Source: an uncultured virus (IMG/VR IMGVR_UViG_2811995274_000001)
Lineage: Duplodnaviria > Heunggongvirae > Uroviricota > Caudoviricetes
Virus record (IMG/VR): IMGVR_UViG_2811995274_000001
Length of the DNA stretch: 64,000 bases
Reading direction: 5' to 3' (one strand)
The position numbers and the translations under genes are program-made. Under the pieces are notes generated by a model. That model saw only the letters and a list, made by a program, of their open reading frames with translations, had not been told where the DNA came from and ran no database searches. The first letter of the stretch is position 1. The number at the start of each line of letters is the position of its first letter. Positions 1-11,521 of this stretch are shown here, piece after piece.

Positions 1-2669
<2,669 letters not shown>

Positions 2670-2681
2670 TTTATCAGCTCC

Positions 2682-3050
2682 TTATTCAATTTCTTCTGGC
2701 TCAATAATATCAATCATTCTTTTTAATAGTGCTTCTATTACGCCTCTAACAGATTCATATTCTGTTACATTTTGCATTATTTCTGCTGAAGCTACATATG
2801 GTTTATATTTATTATTTAATAATTTATATTTTACAGTATCAGCTGCTAGTATATAGATTGTTTTATTATTTATTAATTTATATACTATATAATAATCTTT
2901 ATCATTAAAATTTATTCTTACTTTTTGTTTTAAAAGAAGATCTTGAGCTATCTTACTTGATAGCTCTTTAATCTCTTTTTCTAATTTTAGTGGTTTGTCA
3001 ATTTCATCTAATAATTTTTTTTCAATATCATTTAATTGTTCTTCTGTCAT
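2682..3050 (-). CDS. Hypothetical protein
   Basis: 122-aa ORF with RBS, tightly packed in the operon. Confidence 0.7.
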   Translation of the reverse strand: MTEEQLNDIEKKLLDEIDKPLKLEKEIKELSSKIAQDLLLKQKVRINFNDKDYYIVYKLINNKTIYILAADTVKYKLLNNKYKPYVASAEIMQNVTEYESVRGVIEALLKRMIDIIEPEEIE

Positions 3051-3074
3051 GTTTTTTCCTCTTTTTTTATTTTA

Positions 3075-3590
3075 TCAAAAAAGTGGTTTCTTAAAACCAG
3101 AAAGATTAAATGTACTTTTTGTGTTAAAAGATGATAATTTAGGTTTATTAGTTGCACTGCTCATAGATAATTTAGGAGTTTGAGTTGTAGTGTTTTTACT
3201 ATCATCTCCAGTTCTAATTTTAGAAACACTATCAACTTTTAAATATAATTGTCCATAACGTTTTTCCCCATCTTTTTCATAATCATCTTCTTTTTCAATG
3301 GAACCGACAAGCTGAACAGTATTTCCTCTTTCTACGTATTCATTTAAATAATTAGCAGAAGGTCCAAATGCTACAAATTTAATTAAATCATTAACATAAT
3401 ATTCATCATCTTTCTTTTTCCAGTTACGACGAACATTTAAAAAACCATTCATACGAGAATAACTTTCATCTTTATAATATTCATAACGAATTTTGTCTGA
3501 TGTAGGAATAACTCCTGTAAAAATACATAAATTATTTGGATTTGTCATATTAATTTCCTCTTTTCTTTTTATATTAAAATGGATATTCAA
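3075..3590 (-). CDS. ssb: Single-stranded DNA-binding protein (likely start MTNP at 3548)
   Basis: OB-fold SSB pattern: NVRRNWKK...DLIKFVAFG..A.YL..Y..RG..V.LVG.I; low-complexity tail ending PLF. Confidence 0.75.
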   Translation of the reverse strand: MNIHFNIKRKEEINMTNPNNLCIFTGVIPTSDKIRYEYYKDESYSRMNGFLNVRRNWKKKDDEYYVNDLIKFVAFGPSANYLNEYVERGNTVQLVGSIEKEDDYEKDGEKRYGQLYLKVDSVSKIRTGDDSKNTTTQTPKLSMSSATNKPKLSSFNTKSTFNLSGFKKPLF

Positions 3591-3616
3591 ATTTTATTGG
3601 TTTTATATCTTTTAAC

Positions 3617-4357
3617 TCAATTTTGGCTACTCTCGTTACTTTCACCAATATATGATTGACAAAGTTTAACAAAGTCAACAAATTGATCTACTGGAACATC
3701 TTCTAATTTATTAATTTCTCCATTATATGCAGTAACTACACATTGTTCAACACCATTGTCATAATTGTTATTGATATATTTTAAGATATCAATATAATCT
3801 TTAAAACTATCTAAATATGCACAGAAACCTTTTACATTTAACGGATTAATACCTTCATCTACTGTTTTAAAGATTCCTTCAGTATATTCAGATACAAATC
3901 CATTCAATAGTTTTTCTCCTAGAAAATCTTTATGTTCAGAAATTTTTTCTAATTCTTCTTTAAAAAGATTACGAGAATAATCATTCCATTCATCAGTTAA
4001 CTCTTCGTTTTTTTTTACTTCTTCTTTTTCTTCTTTTACATCATTAGTTTTTGATGTTGCTTTCTTTTTCAAAGAGTCTTTAGATTCTTTTGTTTTTAAC
4101 TTATTAATTGTACCTGTAGTACTATCATAATTAGGATCTCTTGCTTTATCTTCAGAACCTTTAGCAACTGTTTCTTCTTCGTTTACATTTTCTGGTGTTT
4201 CTGAACTATAATCAACTTGTTCTGTTAAAGCTAATGCTTTAGCTAATTCAGAATAAATAACTGCTTTTTTATAATACATATCAGTTCCTGTAATTTTATC
4301 AGCAGAATCAAGCGCTGCATTAATCATTTCTCTAAAAAGATTTGTAATTTTTTTCAT
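3617..4357 (-). CDS. Hypothetical protein
   Basis: 246-aa ORF in the operon. Confidence 0.7.
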   Translation of the reverse strand: MKKITNLFREMINAALDSADKITGTDMYYKKAVIYSELAKALALTEQVDYSSETPENVNEEETVAKGSEDKARDPNYDSTTGTINKLKTKESKDSLKKKATSKTNDVKEEKEEVKKNEELTDEWNDYSRNLFKEELEKISEHKDFLGEKLLNGFVSEYTEGIFKTVDEGINPLNVKGFCAYLDSFKDYIDILKYINNNYDNGVEQCVVTAYNGEINKLEDVPVDQFVDFVKLCQSYIGESNESSQN

Positions 4358-4375
4358 ATTTTTTTACCTCTTTTT

Positions 4376-5617
4376 TTATTTATTATAGTTGACTACAAAA
4401 TCATTATTATTAATATCTAATGTAATTTGATTTACTTCTTTTTCTGGTAAATCAAACATTGTAGGATTTAAAATTTCTTCTAAAATACTTCTAAGACTTC
4501 GTGCTCCAGTTTTTCTTTCTTTAGCTCTATTAGCGATAGCTTTTAATGCTAAATCAGAAACATTTAATTCTACTCCGTCTTCTTGTAACAATCTTTTATA
4601 TTGTTTTATTAATGCATTTTTCGGTTCAGTTAAAATCTTAATTAATGCATTTTCATCTAATTCTTTCATTGTACAAATAATAGGTAATCTTCCTAATAAT
4701 TCTGGAATCATACCAAACTTTTTAAGATCTTCTACTTTAACATTATTAACTAATTCATTATAAGTTTTTTCATCATCTTTTAATTCTGATCCAAAACCTA
4801 TTTTTGTTTTACCTTTTTTCTGTCTTTTAGCAACTATTTTTTCAATTCCTTCAAATGCACCTCCTACAATGAATAAAATATTACTAGTATCCATTTTTAT
4901 ATTTTCTCCCTGTGGATGTTTTCTATTACCTTTTTGAGGAACATCTACAATGGAGCCTTCAATTATTTTTAAAAGTGCTTGTTGAACTTCTTCATGTCCT
5001 GGATCTGCTGTTGTTGATAAATTTTCTCCTTTTCTAGAGATTTTATCAATTTCATCTATATAAACTATACCTTTTTGCGCTTCTTCTACGTTATTATCAG
5101 CTGCTGACAATAATCTTTGTAATACAACTTCTACATCGGATCCAACATATCCAGCCGCTGTTAAGGTAGAAGCATCTGCTATTGCAAATGGAACATTAAG
5201 CATTTTTGATAATGCTTTAACTACTGCTGTTTTACCACAACCAGAAGGGCCAAGCATAATAATATTAGATTTTTCTAATTCTATTTCCGGATCCCTTTCC
5301 TTAATAGAAATGGATTTGTAATGATTATAAACTGCTACAGATATAATCTTTTTAGCTTCTTCTTGTCCTATGATGTAATCATCTAAGAATTGTTTTATTC
5401 TTTTAGGAGTTAAAGAAGACAATTCTAAATTTTTTTTAGACATAATAGCAGCTTTCTTTTTTTTAAACTTTTGCATTTTCAAACTTATAGTATCAATACA
5501 ATCAATACAAATGAATGAATTTTCGTTTTCTGATTGAATTAATACATTATCATCATTTTCTGAAGCCATTGCTCCACAAAATGAACATTTTTGCATTTTA
5601 TCATTTACCTTATTCAT
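4376..5617 (-). CDS. clpX: ATP-dependent Clp protease ATP-binding subunit ClpX
   Basis: N-terminal CSFCG...CIDC zinc finger, GPSGCGKT Walker A, AGYVG, IDEIDK, IGF loop, TGARSLR. Confidence 0.95.
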   Translation of the reverse strand: MNKVNDKMQKCSFCGAMASENDDNVLIQSENENSFICIDCIDTISLKMQKFKKKKAAIMSKKNLELSSLTPKRIKQFLDDYIIGQEEAKKIISVAVYNHYKSISIKERDPEIELEKSNIIMLGPSGCGKTAVVKALSKMLNVPFAIADASTLTAAGYVGSDVEVVLQRLLSAADNNVEEAQKGIVYIDEIDKISRKGENLSTTADPGHEEVQQALLKIIEGSIVDVPQKGNRKHPQGENIKMDTSNILFIVGGAFEGIEKIVAKRQKKGKTKIGFGSELKDDEKTYNELVNNVKVEDLKKFGMIPELLGRLPIICTMKELDENALIKILTEPKNALIKQYKRLLQEDGVELNVSDLALKAIANRAKERKTGARSLRSILEEILNPTMFDLPEKEVNQITLDINNNDFVVNYNK

Positions 5618-5641
5618 AAATTACAATTACCTCTATTATAT

Positions 5642-6223
5642 TTATCTTTTATCTAGTACTGTATCGATTAGTCCATATTCTTTTGCTTCTAATGGAGTGA
5701 GCCAATAATCTTTTTCCATATCTGTTTTTATTTTTTCTATATCTTGTCCTGTTAATTCGGCATAAATATTATGCAATTTAATTTTTGTTTTTAATAAATG
5801 TTCTAAATTAGCTTCAACATCTGTAGCTTTTCCTTTAGCACCGCCAGATGGTTGATGAATCATGATTTCAGCGTTAGGTAGTGCTGAACGTTTACCTTTT
5901 GTTCCTCCCATTAAAATTAAAGAACCCATACTAGCAGCCATTCCAACGCATATAGTTCTAATATCTGGTTTAACATACTGCATAGTATCATAGATTCCCA
6001 TTCCTGTTGCTACTTCTCCTCCTGGACTATCAATATACATAATAATATCGCTATTTGGATCTTCAGATTCTAAAAAAAGTAATTGGGCTTTTATAATATT
6101 TGCCATATTTGGTTCAATGGGACCGGTAACCATAATGATTCTATCTTTTAAAAGTCTAGAATATAGATCCATTGCTCTTTCAGAATTTCCTTCTTTTTCC
6201 AGTACTGTAGGTACTAAACTCAT
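5642..6223 (-). CDS. clpP: ATP-dependent Clp protease proteolytic subunit ClpP
   Basis: [23 protein letters not shown] (catalytic Ser), MIHQP (His), EAKEYGLID. Confidence 0.95.
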   Translation of the reverse strand: MSLVPTVLEKEGNSERAMDLYSRLLKDRIIMVTGPIEPNMANIIKAQLLFLESEDPNSDIIMYIDSPGGEVATGMGIYDTMQYVKPDIRTICVGMAASMGSLILMGGTKGKRSALPNAEIMIHQPSGGAKGKATDVEANLEHLLKTKIKLHNIYAELTGQDIEKIKTDMEKDYWLTPLEAKEYGLIDTVLDKR

Positions 6224-6651
6224 GCTACGTATCTCTCCTCTTTTTCTATTGTATTATTTGTTTTAATCCTTGGAACAAGTAGTTTATAATTCTTATTATT
6301 AATTTTTAATACAACAATATCTTTATTTGTTCCTTTCATACTTTTTCTTCTTGGATTAAATTGCATTTTCCAAAAAGAATCTGCAATATCTGATTCGTTT
6401 TGGAAAACCTGAATCATTCCTTCTTTACCATGATAATATAACGATGGTAAGTTCTTTTCTCTTAATCTACTATTTAAATAAGCAGAAACAAATAATGTTG
6501 CAGGTTTTCCTGTCAATGTTGTTATCTCAAATTCTTTTTTTAAATCAAAAGCAATTTCACTAGCAAATCTTAAATGTCTGTCTAAAATTATTTTTTCATA
6601 ATACGAGAAACTTGTTTGAACATTGTTTTTTTTATCCATAATACATAACAC
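6220..6651 (-). CDS. Hypothetical protein
   Basis: 143-aa ORF whose stop overlaps the clpP start. Confidence 0.65.
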   Translation of the reverse strand: MLCIMDKKNNVQTSFSYYEKIILDRHLRFASEIAFDLKKEFEITTLTGKPATLFVSAYLNSRLREKNLPSLYYHGKEGMIQVFQNESDIADSFWKMQFNPRRKSMKGTNKDIVVLKINNKNYKLLVPRIKTNNTIEKEERYVA

Positions 6652-6756
6652 CTCTTTAATTTATCAAAAAATAAAATTCAAAAAAAGAATTACAAGAAAA
6701 GGTAGTAGATTTAGAGTGAGTAGACAATAAATAAAAGGAGAGAAAAAAAGAGAAAA

Positions 6757-7167
6757 TTAAATCCATAAATCTTGTAAAAATTTAGCGAATAGATGTAATC
6801 CTTCGTCTATTTTTTTATAATAAATATCAGATTCTTTTTCCATTTTATCTCTTTCTTCTTGCGAATAAATATCTTTACCATCTATAGGTATACAATATTT
6901 ATAATTATATAAAGGATCATTTGGATAATCATTTTTGATTTCTTTCATAGACCATATTATCTTATCTAATATTTCTATCCATTCTTTTTCAGAATTAAAT
7001 TGTGCTGGATAGCTATACATTCTTTGATTTTTAAACTGTTTTAATGCACAATAAATATGATCTGTTAAATAGATATTCAAATTCCATATTTGTTCTTTTG
7101 AATATCTATTTCTCTTTTTCATAGTACGTTGCAACTGTCTTGTTCTTTTATTCATTTTTTTCCTCAT
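6757..7167 (-). CDS. Conserved phage-type hypothetical protein
   Basis: EW.EILDKIIWSM...EGL.LF.K....LW pattern seen in phage proteins. Confidence 0.6.
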   Translation of the reverse strand: MRKKMNKRTRQLQRTMKKRNRYSKEQIWNLNIYLTDHIYCALKQFKNQRMYSYPAQFNSEKEWIEILDKIIWSMKEIKNDYPNDPLYNYKYCIPIDGKDIYSQEERDKMEKESDIYYKKIDEGLHLFAKFLQDLWI

Positions 7168-7501
7168 TTGATTTTTGATTTAATACACTAAAGGCTAACA
7201 TACATCTCATAGACGCATGCATTAAATCTTCTACATTATTATCAATTTGAAATTCATTTAAATGCCTCATGGCTCTAAAAGCATGTTCTTTGGCAGGAAT
7301 ATTTTTCCATGTTTCGTTAGGATATTTTTTAGCTCCTTCAGTCAATCCTGTTGCTAATTCTTTAAGCCATAATGGATTTAAGTAACGAAATTCATCAAGT
7401 TCTTCTGTTTGGATATATTTTTCCATATCATTACTCCTTTTATCTATAAAATTAATATAGCAGCAAAAACTATACGCTTTTACTGCTATATTATTAATCA
7501 A
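7148..7501 (-). CDS. dATP/dGTP diphosphohydrolase domain protein (DUF5664-like); likely start at MEKYIQ
   Basis: ELATGLTEGAKKYP..TWK.IP...H..RAMRHL...D.MHA motif. Confidence 0.65.
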   Translation of the reverse strand: MINNIAVKAYSFCCYINFIDKRSNDMEKYIQTEELDEFRYLNPLWLKELATGLTEGAKKYPNETWKNIPAKEHAFRAMRHLNEFQIDNNVEDLMHASMRCMLAFSVLNQKSNEEKNE

Positions 7502-9048
7502 GATTGTAAGTATTCTTTAATCTTTTTATTTGTTATTGTATTTATAATAGAATAACGTTCATTATTTAGTATTTCTTTTAAAGCTTTAAATGGATCTAGC
7601 TCTGTAGAACATACCATTCGCATTAAAGAAGTGGAATATCCAGATAATAATATTAAACCATTCTTATTATTTTTCATTGGAATTGTATTATCATAATAAG
7701 ATACATTCCAAAAGATCAGTTTAGGCATTTCATATCCTGCTTTTTTATACTTTTTATTAATAATTTCAAACAAAGAGTCAATATCATAATTATTTACTGC
7801 ATCGAATTGCATATCTGAAATTATTAAGATATTTTTAGGTAAATCTTCTTTTGATAATTTTTCTTTTACAGCTGTTTTTAATATTAAATTAAATACATTA
7901 GCTATATCTGTATTACTACAATCATCATATTCGTCTAGTTTTTTTAATTTCTCATACAAATTAGCACAAGATGTTAAATCTACTATTTCAGCTCTTTGTG
8001 AAAATGTTATAAATTTATCTTTAAATGTTTTATTGTTTTCACTACAATAAATTGTTATAGCATCAGCTACATCTAAAATAGTAGACGTACTATTAGGTAA
8101 GTGTTGACACATAGATCCAGAACCATCTCTAACTACTAATGTATCAGAAAAATTATCTGGTTTTAACATATTTTTCCACATAGATTCAAGAACTTCATTT
8201 CTTTCATGTTCTTTTTTATATCTATTAACTATTTCATGCAAAAACAAAGCTTTTGAATTTATTTTAGCTTTATTTTTAGAAAGGTTATCTATATATTTTA
8301 ATCTTCTTTCTTCATCATGATTAATAAATGCCTTAGAATATAAAAAATTAGCTTTAGAAGGAACATTATCATAAATAATTTTATTCCAATTATTAGATGA
8401 CATTTTAGCTTCAACTATATCAATCTTTTTTCTTAATAAAGTTAGAATCTTTCTATATTTTTTTGGACTATATTTTAACTTGTTCATTAAGATTTTTGCT
8501 CTACGTCTATTTTTAAGACTAGATGTAGATTCTGTTGGCATCCATTTGGCTAATAATGAAACTGAAAGATTATTTTTACTATTATTCAAATCTAAGTTAA
8601 GTTGTTCTTTTATTATATTAATTATAATATTTTTAATATTATTTATACGTTTTGTTTTAGATAATTTTTTATTATCATATAATCTAAAATAAATATCTAT
8701 TAAATCATCGTATCTACCATATTCTTGTATGTTACAAGTTTTAATAAAGTATGAATCTACCTTTGTATTAACTATTAAATGATATAATAAGTCTCTAAAA
8801 GCATCTCTTTCTCCTATGCCATATCTAATGTCTCTTAAATATAAAAGCCATTTTAACGCATATCTTGGATTTTGCATTAATGCTGGATAAAACATTTCCC
8901 ATAGGCTTTCTTTATTATTTAACATGTTTCTAAATTTAGAAACACCAAAATTTATATCTACTAAATAATTTCCTGTTGTAGAATAACATAATGCTCCATT
9001 TGTTGTTTTAGTCATTATATTATTTTTCATTCTATCAAAAAAATCCAC
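7498..9048 (-). CDS. DUF2828 family protein (TROVE/Ro-like helical region plus C-terminal vWA)
   Basis: TTNGA, YLRDIRYGIGER, EYGRYDDL, SLLAKWMPTE, YDNVPSKA, MIDAS DGSGSM, ISDMQFD, IFWNV. Confidence 0.85.
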   Translation of the reverse strand: MDFFDRMKNNIMTKTTNGALCYSTTGNYLVDINFGVSKFRNMLNNKESLWEMFYPALMQNPRYALKWLLYLRDIRYGIGERDAFRDLLYHLIVNTKVDSYFIKTCNIQEYGRYDDLIDIYFRLYDNKKLSKTKRINNIKNIIINIIKEQLNLDLNNSKNNLSVSLLAKWMPTESTSSLKNRRRAKILMNKLKYSPKKYRKILTLLRKKIDIVEAKMSSNNWNKIIYDNVPSKANFLYSKAFINHDEERRLKYIDNLSKNKAKINSKALFLHEIVNRYKKEHERNEVLESMWKNMLKPDNFSDTLVVRDGSGSMCQHLPNSTSTILDVADAITIYCSENNKTFKDKFITFSQRAEIVDLTSCANLYEKLKKLDEYDDCSNTDIANVFNLILKTAVKEKLSKEDLPKNILIISDMQFDAVNNYDIDSLFEIINKKYKKAGYEMPKLIFWNVSYYDNTIPMKNNKNGLILLSGYSTSLMRMVCSTELDPFKALKEILNNERYSIINTITNKKIKEYLQS

Positions 9049-9074
9049 TATAAAATCTCCTTTTATATTAAATT

Positions 9075-9099
9075 AGCCGTAGTTTTTTACACTACGGCT
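9075..9099 (-). terminator. Stem-loop between the ncRNA units and the DUF2828 RBS
   Basis: AGCCGTAGT-N7-ACTACGGCT perfect 9-bp stem. Confidence 0.5.
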
Positions 9100-9111
9100 T
9101 TGATAAATATT

Positions 9112-9166
9112 CTGGACATATGATATAAATTAATTGTTATGTATAATCTTTGCTGTATATGTCCAT
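9112..9166 (-). ncRNA. ACAGCAA-motif structured RNA, unit 1
   Basis: Minus strand TGGACAT-ATACAGCAA...ATGTCCA-G; terminal stem. Confidence 0.65.
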
Positions 9167-9180
9167 AAAGAGGTTATATT

Positions 9181-9264
9181 CTGAACGCATAGTGTACATT
9201 GATTTCTCGGTCTTATATGTGTTTATCATAGTTATTATATAATTTTATTGCTGTAAGCGTTCAT
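9181..9264 (-). ncRNA. ACAGCAA-motif structured RNA, unit 2
   Basis: Minus strand TGAACGC-TTACAGCAA...GCGTTCA-G. Confidence 0.65.
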
Positions 9265-9268
9265 TTAA

Positions 9269-9333
9269 CTGAGCACATAATATATATTTGATCCCATTCA
9301 AATTTATTCTTGTAAATTGCTGTAAGTGCTCAT
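9269..9333 (-). ncRNA. ACAGCAA-motif structured RNA, unit 3
   Basis: Minus strand TGAGCAC-TTACAGCAA...GTGCTCA-G; internal ATTTGA/TCAAAT hairpin. Confidence 0.65.
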
Positions 9334-9448
9334 TTAATTAATTTAATAGTAAAAATAAAATATAAGTATAATATAATTATTTCTTATTTTTATTTTTACA
9401 ATATATGCGTTTAGCTCTATTAAAGACTTTTACCTTTAATAGAACATA

Positions 9449-9525
9449 TGGCTGTCTAGGCAGGGATCGAACCTGCACCTTTCGGATTAACAGTCCTAAG
9501 TACTACCTAATTATACGACTAGACA
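9449..9525 (-). tRNA. tRNA-Asn (GTT)
   Basis: Acceptor TGTCTAG/CTAGACA, anticodon loop CTGTTAA, GGTTCGATCC T-arm, encoded CCA. Confidence 0.9.
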
Positions 9526-9532
9526 TTATTAA

Positions 9533-9610
9533 TGGTAGCCCCTGCTGGATTTGAACCAACTACTTTTTGAATATGAATCAAACGCTCTAGCCTAAATGAG
9601 CTAAGGGGCT
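9533..9610 (-). tRNA. tRNA with CAT anticodon (Met-type)
   Basis: Acceptor AGCCCCT/AGGGGCT, anticodon arm TTTGA-TTCATAT-TCAAA, GGTTCAAATCC, CCA. Confidence 0.85.
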
Positions 9611-9613
9611 ATG

Positions 9614-9706
9614 TGGCGGAGAAGGTAGGATTCGAACCCACGCATGATATCACTATCACCTTACTGTTTTCAAGACAGTTCTCTTAATCCGCTTGAGTAC
9701 TTCTCC
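9614..9706 (-). tRNA. tRNA-Ser (TGA)
   Basis: GGAGAAG/CTTCTCC acceptor, CTTGAAA loop, long variable arm, GGTTCGAATCC, GCCA end. Confidence 0.92.
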
Positions 9707-9759
9707 AAATTAGTATAATGTTTTTATACTAATTTTAACATCTAACACTTATATTTTTT

Positions 9760-9834
9760 TGGTGGGCCCACCTGGATTCGAACCAGGGACAAACCGGTTA
9801 TGAGCCGGGGGCTCTACCGCTGAGCTATGGGCCC
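9760..9834 (-). tRNA. tRNA-Ile2/Met (CAT)
   Basis: GGGCCCA/TGGGCCC acceptor, CCGG-CTCATAA-CCGG arm resembling Ile2, GGTTCGAATCC, ACCA. Confidence 0.9.
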
Positions 9835-10140
9835 ATGCTAACAGAGATATAAAATATAAATCCACAATTTTATTATTTATATCTCTGCCTAATAAAAATC
9901 AATCTCAGATTCTTCTTTATTCGTTTGTGGTAACTTCCTATCGTTTTTTTACTGACATTAGATACGATAACTGTGCCGAAAAATTAGATCATAGTATACA
10001 TTTCTTATAAAAAGAAAATGATCTAACTAAAACCATATAAATAGTTTTAAATAGTAACTAAAAAATTAAGACATTTGTATTAAACGCATATCCTATAAAA
10101 CTAGATTACTATAAAGTTTTGCTACATAGAAATATTATAA

Positions 10141-10626
10141 TATAACTACATATAGAACTAGATATTGTTAATATTAATAAGGAATAAAAAGCTTTTAAGT
10201 AAATTAATGGAAATTTGCTTTAAATGAAAATTTTAAGAAAGAGATAGATTATTATCCTGAAATAGATATAAAAGCTATTAAAGCAAATTATAACAATAAA
10301 TTACAGCATAAAACCATTGCTGAAATTGCAAAATATCCTTTAGAATCTGTATCTATTTTAAAAATCAAGAATAGAGCGGGAGTCATATCTATACTAAATT
10401 CTTTTATAAAAGTTTTGTATAATCAAGTATTTAAGGAAATGGAATTTACTTAAAAAAAGAAAATATCGATATGAAATGGAGTAAAGTTGATCTTATACAT
10501 ATTGACAATGAAAATGATTTTTTTTTCAATATGTTAAATTTTAAATAGAATTAACAAAAATAGATTTGTCTCATTAGGGATTTTTTTTAATGCCATTAAC
10601 AATATCTAGTTCTATATATAGTTATA
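10141..10626. repeat. 32-bp inverted repeats (10141-10172 and 10595-10626) flanking about 420 bp
   Basis: TATAACTACATATAGAACTAGATATTGTTAAT versus the reverse complement of the right copy: 31/32 identical. Confidence 0.85.
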
Positions 10627-10814
10627 TTTTATTCTTTATCAGAGTTATGAAAAAAATAGAAAACAAGAATAAAAAATAACTCTGATAAAGAATAATATGT
10701 AGTACATAAAGATCTTTTATTTGTATTACTATATTATAAAAGTTTGTACTAGTATAAACAAATATTAACATCTTTATATTCAAAGATATTAGTATCTTCA
10801 TATGCACTACATAT

Positions 10815-10843
10815 AGAATAGCACTTTATTTAATAGAAATCAA
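10815..10843 (-). promoter_or_regulatory. Sigma70/SigA-type promoter directed toward the tRNA cluster
   Basis: TTGATT-17 nt-TATTCT with extended TG on the minus strand. Confidence 0.5.
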
Positions 10844-10871
10844 GTATTATTTTTAAATAATAATAATTATT

Positions 10872-11507
10872 TTATAATAATCTTACTTTGGCTTGTTGAA
10901 CACCAAATTTTATAGATTCATTTTGAGAGTCTCCTAAAAATAAATCTATTTTATTACCTTTAATACTGCTACCAGTATCCATGGCTGTATAAATGCCATC
11001 ATATTTTTTCATATATGGATCGTTAAATGATATTTGAACCTTGCTACCTAAAGGAATTACGTTTGGATCTACAGCAATAACTCGTGCACTCCATACAGTA
11101 TGTCCAGATAAATCGAATCCAGTTGCTGTTAAACCATATCCTTCTTCTCCTTCATATTTTCCACATTGTTCTGGAGACACGTTATATGCTGTTATAGTAA
11201 AATCCATTGTTCTAGATCCTCTAGATATTTCTTCTCTGGCTCTTTTTAATTCTTCTTTTAATTTATTATTGTCTTGATTAAGAACTTCTAGTTCTCTTGC
11301 TTTAATATCGTTTTCTTTGTTGCGTTCATTAACTTCTAAAGAAGTTTTTTCTATTTCTTGTTTTAATGCTTCAATCTCTAAATTTTTTTGTTCGATTTCT
11401 TTTGCATTAAAATAATTTGTTGCTGTTACAGATAATCCTGATGCTACAGTAATAGCTAACATAATAGATGTTATCTTCTTTGTGAAATCTTTGCTCGCTT
11501 CAAACAT
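10872..11507 (-). CDS. 3D-domain (cell-wall hydrolase-type) secreted protein
   Basis: Signal/TM helix, coiled coil, TAY...TATG...IAVDPNVIPLGSKV...AMDTGSSIKGNKIDLF. Confidence 0.88.
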   Translation of the reverse strand: MFEASKDFTKKITSIMLAITVASGLSVTATNYFNAKEIEQKNLEIEALKQEIEKTSLEVNERNKENDIKARELEVLNQDNNKLKEELKRAREEISRGSRTMDFTITAYNVSPEQCGKYEGEEGYGLTATGFDLSGHTVWSARVIAVDPNVIPLGSKVQISFNDPYMKKYDGIYTAMDTGSSIKGNKIDLFLGDSQNESIKFGVQQAKVRLL

Positions 11508-11521
11508 TTAATCACCTTTCC

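Noticed and set aside
9112..9333. CRISPR mini-array or degenerate tRNAs as the explanation for the ACAGCAA units
   Set aside because: The repeats are not identical, the two ends of each unit pair with each other, and there is no T-loop GTTC or CCA; no cas genes in the window
10622..10807. 61-aa hydrophobic ORF
   Set aside because: No RBS, starts at the predicted transcription start and is low-complexity AT-rich sequence
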